NCBI GenBank assembly: GCA_951804945.1
Contig: OX638149.1
Coordinates: 51,832,001-51,896,000 of the forward strand
Source: Podarcis cretensis
Lineage: Eukaryota
Direction: 5' to 3'
Length of the DNA: 64,000 nt
Below, in pieces: positions 52,720-64,000 of this stretch; the first letter of the stretch is position 1; every line of letters starts with the position of its first letter. Both the position numbers and the translations under genes were made by a program. Under the pieces are notes generated by a model. It had not been told where the DNA came from. It worked only from the letters and a program-made list of their open reading frames with translations, and did no database searches.

Positions 52720-53299
52720 AGGGTCTAGGGCAACCAGTTTTGAATCCCCATATGATGTTGGTCCCATCATCCCTGCCTATTGGTCACATTGACTAAGGAT
52801 GATGGGAGTCCCAACAATAATTATCTTCTTCCTTCTCTCCCCTGCCCACCCTTGGTAATATCTTGCTAGCCTATGTTCTCCCCTTGATAGCTGTGGAACA
52901 CACATCTCACCTGTTCATGAAACCTTTAAACCAGCCCACACTGTTAGCTTTACAAAGATGGAACCAAAGTGATGGGGTTGTATGATGAAGATTTGATACA
53001 GTCTTCATCTCAGTCAGCATATACATTGTGTTTCAAAGTCATTTTGACTTTCCCTTTCCTTAAGATGGGGAATGGGGGAGGATATTTAACAAAACCTGGC
53101 TTAGAATTCAAAATCTTCAAAACAGAGAAGCTGCTTTTGATAATTTTCATGTGAAACTTTTAAAATTGAAAACTCCTCTTCCTAAAATGAAGGGCATAAT
53201 AGATACATCTCTTGTTAAGATAATAGATTATGTGGATGCTAAATGGAGGCCTGACTATAACTTGAAAAAGAGTTCCCTAATGAGTGCTGGATTGTATAA

Positions 53300-53515
<216 letters not shown>

Positions 53516-53647
53516 TAGCAGCTGAAGTCCTGCAAAATTACATTGGTGTTTAGGAAAGCGTTGAGAACTATTCTCTTGAGAATAGTATGCTGAATCAACC
53601 AAATCAGACCTGGGAACATACAGCCAAAGCTACGAGGCATGGGCTGA

Positions 53648-53902
<255 letters not shown>

Positions 53903-54089
53903 TGAAACCAGTTTTTACATGTTTATTGGTCATTTGTTTTAGTTAGTCTTACTGCCATATTCTTGTGGCTGCATGAGTTCTAGCTGTATTTTCAAAAGCA
54001 GTAATTTAATCAAAGCTCTCTTCATACAATGTTAATAGAAGTTTTTTGCTCCTCAGTTTTACATTGTCCTCCTTTTGAGACTGAATTAC

Positions 54090-54248
54090 TGGGAGCAAGT
54101 TGCTGGTACCACAGGAGGGGAAAGTGCTCTTGAGCTCAGAATCCCACTTGCTGGTTTCCCACAGGCATCTGTTCAGCCACTGTGGGAAAAGAATGCCGGC
54201 CTAGATGAGCCATTGGCCTGATCCAACAGGCTCTTCCTATGTTCTTAA
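54090..54248 (+). mobile_element. CR1-type LINE 3' end (second subfamily)
   Basis: CTAGATGAGCCATTGGCCTGATCCAACAGGCTCTTCCTATGTTCTTA terminus. Confidence 0.6.
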
Positions 54249-54917
54249 GATAATTGCAACAAGTTTGTGTGGCCATGTGCCATAAAATGGCTTCCAACCT
54301 TTTTTGTCTCATGGGCGGCTTAGGTGAAACTGTCAAAGGTGCCATTACAAAATGGTTGCTGCAGGAGTTGCTGCAGGAGTATGGCTAGCCTCAAAATGAC
54401 TGGTTCATGGGAAGACCTAGATTGCTCTGTTCATCCACCACCTTCACACTCCCTGTACACAAAACAAAAGGCTTCTGCTTGCCATGTGCAGCAGCTGATA
54501 TCTGGTTAGCAACGGAACTGCCCCATGCTGCTTCCTCTGACTCCCCCCAAAAAACCTTTTTGCAAAGCATGGGCAGCAACAAGCCAGATCACCAGGTTGG
54601 AGGGACAGGGTGGTGTGGAGGTGGGGGCCAGGTTTGTTATCACCAGAGGATAAAGCTCTGGGAAGAGGTCACTGCTTCAGATTCTTCCAGCCCACTGCAC
54701 AGCTGAGCAATGGCAGGTGCAGGAAGTAGAGGTCTTGTCATTTGGCTAATTTTCTTTTTAAGGCTTTAAAAAATCCAGTCGAAGGGAGTGGAGTGCCTCT
54801 TGGGTGCTGTTTGCAATCTCTGTAAGTGCCACTGCACCCATAGGTATCATGCCTATTTTAGAAGGTTGCATGTTCCTGATTTGTGGAGGTGGGTAAAGTC
54901 TTACGTTTTCATTCTAG

Positions 54918-55013
<96 letters not shown>

Positions 55014-56158
55014 TAAGTTTCAAAATACTAGAATAAAGAGCCTTAATATAGAGGAGCCATTTGACTCATAGATCAAGCACTACAGTCAGATATAGTATCA
55101 TTGGGCATCACCTAAAATGGGTGGAGAACCTCAGGCCTGGGAGCTGAATATGGCCCTCTCAGTTTCTCCATCTGGTCCTCTGGACTCTCCCCCTGCCACA
55201 CACCCTCTTCCTAGACCACATCCTTCACCAGACTTGTGTTGAGTATATTTGTCTGGCTGAAATGTGTCTTTGCATCCCCCATGTGATAATTCTTTGTTGT
55301 TTTCCTGGCATTTCCAGCAGTCACTAGGATATTCTTGTTGGTGTTATATACCATTAATCTGGTATAATATCATTATTTTATAACAATTTTCGTAAATTCA
55401 GGCTTAAGGAGAACCTGTGGGATTCCCTTTAATGTTTGAAGACTCCATCATTACCCCATGGTTTATTAAATTTCTATAGCTAAAGAATTTCTGGTTGGTT
55501 CCTGTAATTCAGTTAAAGACTTACCTGGGTCAGAGAAACTACTCTAGAATTAACTACAGGCTTATCTAGAGAGATTTAAGATGGGTAATAATAGTCAAAT
55601 GATGGTCAGAAAGGACACATGGCCAATAACTTTCTCTTTCTGATTCTTGACATCTAGCCTTTGAAAAATAGTGACAATAAGGTGAGGCAATGTAGTTGTT
55701 CCAACTCTGAAAGAAAGTTGAAACAGAAAGAGGTTTTTTTCCCCCTTGCCCTACCTTCCATTCTTTAGTTGGGCTGACATCTAGTCTTTCACTAAAAACT
55801 AAATACATCAGGCCTGTTTACCCACTATTTCCCCTGTCCCACGTTTCCAGTATAATGTGCAAATTCTCAGCAAGGAAGCTTCAAACCACCTGCCTCAGGA
55901 AAATGGAACTAGTTCAGTTCTCAGGATTATTAAACACATTTTCTTGTAGGTACCATTTGAATTGCAATCCCATTGTGAAAACAGACAAAGTACATTGTGT
56001 AAATAAGAGCTGAACAGAAAACTAGAGATTTAAATTCCATAGCAGTTGCTGCTTACAAATTGTTCCAACGCAAACAAGTAGCTGTCCTGTATCTTGCTAC
56101 TTTATATGCATTGTTGTGCTGCTTTCATCTAATCTGTGTGTCCCCCCCCCCTCCCCAG

Positions 56159-56216
56159 ATTGAATGTAAAGGCTTTTATCAGCAATGTTAAGACTGCTCT
56201 TGCCGCTACAAATCCT
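56159..56216 (+). CDS. CKAP5: CKAP5 exon 19
   Basis: LNVKAFISNVKTALAATNP; AG/GT. Confidence 0.95.
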
Positions 56217-56295
56217 GTAAGTAAACTTCTCTTCAAACTTAAGTTCTAAATACAGTCTGAATGGTTGAAATTGAGCCTTTCTTTTTCCTATTTGA

Positions 56296-56481
<186 letters not shown>

Positions 56482-56546
56482 TAGGAGCCTTAGCTTGTGT
56501 GACTTTCAGTTAAGATAGCGTTGTGCAAGCATGTGAACCAAGATGA

Positions 56547-57135
<589 letters not shown>

Positions 57136-58065
57136 TAGAATTGAAAATAAACTTTTTGTAGTCTTGTCATCTTTCAGTTATGAATACCAGTTTCATTTAA
57201 ATCTTTCATGGAGGATTGAAATGACAGTGTTATCTAGTATGACATTTTAATGCAATTTAATCCCTTTCCTACAATAAGGAGCTGTAGAGTTCGACAATTG
57301 CTAGTTTGTCTGTTGATGTGGATGTTCTTTTGGCACAAACAGTGGAAATGGTACAGCTATAAATATACTCTGTGCACCTCAGAGAACCTGCTCTGTTGCT
57401 GTCAAAGCAGAGGAAATGCACTATACTACAGAAAGCACAGCATTAGTACAATTGAGCTTTGTTAATCCCTTTGTTGCACATGCTCCAAAGCACAGCTGGG
57501 CAGATTTCATAACTCCCTGTTAATGGTGCTTCTGTTTGTCCTGAAAGTCCACTACAGATTATCGTGGTTCCGTGATTTGAAACAAATGCAAATTTAAATT
57601 ACAACACTACTTTGATTATAAATGCCCATAAAATATGTGTGTTTGTAGCTTTCCCTACAGTTGCACATGCCGTTTTCCATGTATACACAGCTGTTTTCCA
57701 GTGTGTGGACAGTAATTTAATTATTTTGTTACTTTTTCTGCTTCTTATCTATCAAAAACAACAACAATAAGTCTGCCTAAACGGGCATCTGTTTGCAACC
57801 AAGTTTCATATGCAAGAAACTGCCTAGACTGCTTGGTTTTGTACTTGCTTGGAATAGGCCTTACACTTAAATCAGTCTTTGGGGAAGCCAGAATGGGCTC
57901 ATCACCCTATGATATGATCGTTGCTGGTTTTTAAAGTGACCTGTCTTTAAGGACCCTGAATTGCATAGCTCCCTGTTATAATTGTAGAGAGACTGACGGA
58001 GGCAGCAATTAAGAAAGAATACTTGTGAGAAAGTACCTGAACTCTGGGTTTTACCATTGTGAACA

Positions 58066-58068
<3 letters not shown>

Positions 58069-58101
<33 letters not shown>
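58069..58101 (+). repeat. (AC)n microsatellite
   Basis: Seen directly. Confidence 0.95.
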
Positions 58102-58104
<3 letters not shown>

Positions 58105-58192
58105 CGGGGGGGAGCTTGAAGGCAATAAAGAGAGGGAATGCTAACCATTCCACAGTGCTCGATTGGAACCACAACTGATCAGAAAAAACAAA

Positions 58193-58433
58193 CAGTGGTA
58201 CCTCTAGTTATGAGCTTAATTCGTTCCAGAGGTCTGTTCTTAACCTGAAACTGTTCTTAACTAGAGGCGGGCTTTTGCTAATGGGGCCTCTTGCTGCCAC
58301 TGCGCCACTGGCACACGATTTCCGTTCTCATCCTGGGGCAAAGTTCTCAACTTGAGGTAACTCTTCCAGGTTAGTGGAGTTTGTAACCTGAAGCGTTTGT
58401 AACCTGAGGTGTTTATAACTCGAGGTACCACTG
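58193..58433. mobile_element. Tigger/pogo-like MITE (same family as 29980, opposite orientation)
   Basis: CAGTGGTACCTC..GAGGTACCACTG|TA; internal TAACCTGA repeats. Confidence 0.85.
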
Positions 58434-59251
58434 TATTTCTATATAGATTCACAACTCTGCTAGCTTTTATTGTAAGGGTACCTGTACTATCCAGTCATTT
58501 GACCAGCATGGGATTGCCAAATGGCTTAAAACCTTAACGTTCCAAAGGTCCCTTGTTCCCCTCACTTCAAATAATCTAGGATGTGGCAAACCCACATGGC
58601 TTTAGATTCCTCAGTTCCTTCTTTCTCTTATGTAGTCACCCAGGGAGAAAAACAGTTCACAGAGGGAGCAAGAGATATGGTCCTACCTCTCTTTATAACC
58701 TAAAAACCTTGATGATTAGAGCTCCACAGCCTTGGGCAAATCATGAATGACATAAAGCCCTGGAGTACCCTTCTGCTAGTAACACTTCAGTTAAGAATCC
58801 CAGGAAAACGCCCCCCCCCCCCAATGTGTGTCAGAGAGAGAGAACAATTGATAGGATTGACACCCAGGGAAGTAAACATACATCAACATTTCCAATTTCC
58901 TCTTTTTCTGATGTTTAGGCTAGAAGTGTTTACATGGCAAAAAAAAACTGCATGCAAGAGGGAAATGTTGGAACCTCAGGGTTTGCATAACTGCAATAAT
59001 TGGGGGGGGGTCACAAAGGGTATGGTACCCCCAAATCAGCTGAATGAGGACAGAGCATCCAAAGTATCCACAGAATACTGATTCATCGCAGAAAATCAAG
59101 AGAAGGGATTGAATGTTGTCACTGGGAATGTGAATAGTAGCACTCCACAATGCAACATTTTATTATCTACAAGTTAGAACGTACTGCTTCACAAGCTTCT
59201 GAAAAAGAGAGATATGACACACTGGTTTATTAAAATGGCCAGAGGAGGTAG

Positions 59252-59443
<192 letters not shown>

Positions 59444-60277
59444 TAGGAATGAAGGCTATTTGAGACCAAAATCACCTTGTTTCTTGTTTGAATATGACCT
59501 CATTTAACACTGACATATACCACTGTCCCTTATTAAAGTTACTGTCCTCCTCCTCCTCTCTGTAACCACCAGTGTTGTGTGGTGTTGGGGAGCTGGGAAA
59601 GCAGTGTGGCCTTATTAGCTGTGTATAAAGAGTGCTGTGCAGAAAGAGTGCGGGGTGGACACACCCACCACTGGCATGCAGTGCTTCTAATATTGGATAG
59701 CATTAGTATACCCAGGATTCAAAGTTTTGTGTCTCTGTTGTAGGAAATGTACACTTTTTTGTATGTGCTGTAATTTCCACGTCAAGAAAGAGGTGTAAGT
59801 TGAATATTTTGCTGAGTTCAGGTGCTGTCTGTCCACAAAACACTGAGTGTTTTGAAAGGTCACATTAGCACTAATCCTCATTGGACATGCACCATGGTTC
59901 ATCGTTCAGCAAGTGATTAGTGCATGGAAGCTGAGTCAGGGTGAGAAGGTTTGAGGTCAGTTAGGCAAGAGCGGGGAGTACAAGGAAGACTAAATTCCTT
60001 TCCTTCTCCCTCCAAAATTATTTTGTAAGTATCATACACAAATGTGTTAGACAGGTAGGAACTCCTTATAAAAGTCATGGAATCTTTTAATGGCTTTCCA
60101 CTTGGGCCTGTATAGTAAGAAGCCATTGTTCCCTGATCCTTGCAGTCTTTCAAGCAATCTGCGTACTGTAATAAAAATACCTTTAATGGGAAATACAGAG
60201 GGAGAAATACTTGCAAAAAGACCCCCAAACCTTGCTCTGTTGATTTTCTTACTGCTGCTGAGGTTTAGCATATGTAA

Positions 60278-60475
<198 letters not shown>

Positions 60476-60630
60476 TAACTGAGAAAAGCTACTTTATATT
60501 ATGTCAAATTAGGTAGGTAAATTATTTATATATGTAATGTAGTGAAATGAGGCCTTTCTTTGTATTGTACTTTTGGATGCTCCAGTTCCTTTTAGTGTCC
60601 CAAGAGTGGCAAGTATCAAATAGGAATTAA

Positions 60631-60852
<222 letters not shown>

Positions 60853-60964
60853 TAGCAAACAAACAAAATAACTGAGTACAAATGGGGGGGGGGGTGTACA
60901 TCTGCATATGTCTCTCTGTGTGTAACATCATTTGCTTTATGGGAAATTAAACAGTGGAGAAAAT

Positions 60965-61128
60965 GTAGTTCAGTAGTAGAGCATTTGTTTTAGATGCCAA
61001 AGTGTTGAGATCAATCCCTGGTTTCTCCAGGTAGAACTGGGAAAGAATTCTCTCTGAAAACCTGGGGTCAATGTAACCAATATTGAGCTAGCTGGACAGA
61101 TGTTCTGATTCTGTATAAGGCAACTTAT
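60965..61128 (+). mobile_element. tRNA-derived squamate SINE (Squam3-like)
   Basis: GTAGTTCAGTAGTAGAGCATTTG..GATCAATCCCTGG. Confidence 0.55.
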
Positions 61129-61333
61129 AAAACTGCAAATTAACAACTTTGTACATTGGATGAAGTATATTCACAATATTGTTGGTACTGGGAATGTGAT
61201 CACTGTCTTCTTTCAATTATGTTGACCCCCAGATGACTGTTAAGAAAAAACTATTTTCCATGTATGTAGTGATTTGCAAAATAGGAGGCATGTGCCATTA
61301 GGTGCCTTTTAAATTCTTTCTTTTGCTTTCTAG

Positions 61334-61486
<153 letters not shown>

Positions 61487-61959
61487 TGACATCCCACATT
61501 AAGCAAATCTGTATTTTAAGAGGAATAGAGGTTCCATTATATTTATAAACCAGGTGTGTCTACAAATAGACACTGCAAAATCTAGGAGATTATAAACAGG
61601 ATCCTACTGAAGTTCCTTGGGTCTATGGCATAGAAGCCTGCAATCACAATCTTATGGTCATGATGTGCTGTCTGGGCAAGGAGCAGTCATTTTAAGCATA
61701 TTGTTTGTAAGTTTAGACCTATCTGAATTATTTCCACAGTGGTTTCACATTGAATAAAATGGAAAAGGCTTTAGTTTTTCGCCTATCATGTTTCTTCCCA
61801 TAGTATCAGAACAAAAGACTTGGGAGACTTACAAGTGGCTTGGTTCTATGTTACCCTCAGAATATGTGTAATTTGCAGGTTTGTTGGGGTCAATTGACAA
61901 GAACAATTTCTTTGTCTATCTTGGAATACTAGCTGAGTAATCCAACACTAAAGGAATGG

Positions 61960-61992
61960 TGTGTGGGTGTGGGTGTGGGTGTGGGTGTGTGT
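61960..61992 (+). repeat. (TGTGGG)n repeat
   Basis: Four GGG runs separated by TGT (G-quadruplex-capable). Confidence 0.85.
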
Positions 61993-62424
61993 CCCCGGCC
62001 TTTGGAACATTAAGGGTAGAGCAACTCTAAGCACTCAATCAATCTTAGATACTTCTGGATGTACAATTTGCTGCTTCAGCAAGATCCAGACAAAAAGTTT
62101 ATATTGTGTCTTAGTGATGGTTTCCTTCCTAATAAGAACCAAATGGATTCAAAAAGGTACTTCTCAAGGGTTTGAGCATGTCTAGTATGGATTAAAGGGT
62201 GTAGATTCTTTGAGCAGGAGACATATTTTTCATATGTCTAAGAAAGGTGATGTAAAAATTCTGACACAAACAGAACATTACAAAGCATTTGTAAAAGTTG
62301 CTTTTAAAAGTAGTTTGCAGTGTGACGTGGTGCAAGCTGAAATCTGCTTTATGTGGAGGGAACTTGTTGCATGCTGCGTCTGTTTCCAGCCTTATTGTGT
62401 AGTTAAAATTATGTTGATCTGAAG

Positions 62425-62513
62425 GTTCTGGTGAAGATTATTCGTCCAGCACCATGGAGTCCAAGGCTGATGCCAAAAAAGCCAAAGCAGGAGGAACAGC
62501 CCCCAAATCCAAG
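62425..62513 (+). CDS. CKAP5: CKAP5 exon 27 (basic linker); gene continues beyond the window
   Basis: GSGEDYSSSTMESKADAKKAKAGGTAPKSK|GTAAAT; phase fits exon 26; weak AAG acceptor. Confidence 0.85.
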
Positions 62514-63176
62514 GTAAATTCTACTTCAGCACAAAGGAAGTGGTTTACAAGGTTGAAGTCTAGGAAGTTTCATTGTGTTTGTATATATTTTACATTTAGT
62601 GTAAACTATATGGAGATTTGATAATTAAGAAGTTTAGCAATCCTGTTCTATAAAATAAACAGTTTTGTGGTAATAATGTGCTCTCTGTCTGGAGCAAAAT
62701 CTCAAAATATATTGAGGGTGGGGTTTGTTTTAAGGGGGGGGGGAGGACTGGGTAGCTGGGATAGCCAGAGTTTTTGAAGAGCCACTGCTAGGAGTAATAG
62801 ATATTATTGGACTGAAAGGGACCCATCAGATTCCATGTTAGGCCAGATTTGTATGCCCATTTACGTCCATACTACTTTTAGGAGCTGCTTATTGTGAGTG
62901 ATGGGAGCTCAAGTTGGTGGGCAGAGCCAGAGCTGATGGTGGAGCACTTTTTCGCTCTGTCTCTGCTGCCACCATCACTCTCTTCCTCTTCCTACTCTGC
63001 AGCAGCACACAAGTAACCTTTCCCCCCTAAGCCTAGTGCTTTCCCTCCTCACCCCACCCTGTAGTAATGAGAATAAACAATGAGTGAGAGAATGGGAATT
63101 TTATCTCCAAGTACAATTGCCATGTCAGGGAGGGTGATTTGGAAGTGGGGAGAAGGATGGTGGTGTACAGGGAAGG

Positions 63177-64000
63177 TTTTTTTAAAAAAATAATATTTAT
63201 TGAAATTTCCAGATATAACAGAAAAAAGAGAAAGAAAGAAAAAGAACATTTACCTAAACCTTATTTTCATTAACATTTTTCCCGGACTTCCCCACCTCAC
63301 CCCCTCTTATATTCCAATTCTCTTAAATTAATTCAGCAAGTTCTTACCCCAAATTTTGAACTTATTATCATTGACCCAATATTAAAAATATATTCCCCCC
63401 CCCTAAAATCGACCCCTGTTCCCTTCCATGAATTCCCCTCTTTAATATGCAGAACAGAATGAAATAAGAAGTAAAGAACAAAGTATAATTTTACACCCTT
63501 TGGATTCCAAATTTCCCTCCCCCCTTTCCTGGTTATGATCCCCAATGTCCATCAATATCTGCTGTCGGCCTGGAGATCCCACATCTATGTCCAAATCTCT
63601 CTCCGCTCCACTTTGCCGTCTTTTTAATAGTCTTTGCCATCTTTTTGGTAGTCTTTAATTTCGAACACCCAATCTTGGAAGGACTCTATCTCAAGAAGGT
63701 CCATTCTTTTTTCCATCCAGATCTCTATATTTAAGAGTTAAACTCAAATTTTTTATTTCTTAGACCTTTTAAATCTGGATGTCTCAAATGTTCCCACTTC
63801 CAGCTTTGTCCAATTCTTGTTGTTCTCTTTCCTCACTTTCCTCTGGTTTCTTTCCCTGTTCCACTGCAAAAACGTTCTAATTCCAAAAGCTTCTAGTTCC
63901 TCTACAGAGGCTTTATTTGTTCAGGAACAAAAACTTGCGTCAAGTCCCTTCCATTCTTCAATAGATAGATTTATTGTCTCCTTTAGTGTAGAGACCTCTG
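63177..64000 (-). mobile_element. L1-related retroelement, running off the window
   Basis: ATTTATTG terminus followed by A-rich and C-rich blocks and decayed coding-like sequence. Confidence 0.5.

Overview
Vertebrate (squamate, very probably lacertid lizard, judged from Sauria/POM-type SINEs) genomic DNA covering the conserved LRP4-CKAP5 tandem. Positions 334-13917 hold the last 16 coding exons of LRP4 (+): third and fourth YWTD beta-propellers, EGF repeats, TM helix, NPSY motif and a C-terminal ESDV. A ~2.1 kb 3'UTR follows. CKAP5 (ch-TOG/XMAP215, +) starts at a CCAAT/CHR CpG-island promoter near 26.3-26.8 kb, has a second CpG island in intron 1, and its coding exons 2-27 run from 39821 to 62513; the gene continues beyond the window. 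Exon numbers are by analogy with the human genes. The introns carry SINEs, LINE fragments (L2, CR1, RTE-X, L1) and MITEs. Best unexplained signals: (1) a phase-compatible chain of minus-strand exon-like segments at 16.0-23.4 kb with a possible signal peptide, its own CRE/CCAAT promoter-like cluster and several disabling lesions, i.e. a putative lost or decaying gene between LRP4 and CKAP5; (2) an 11-nt plus 37-nt candidate microexon pair in the last LRP4 intron that keeps frame only when both are included; (3) two related Tc2-like MITEs whose 118/119-bp tandem units keep a double-hairpin architecture despite divergent sequence. All analysis was done by eye; no searches were run.
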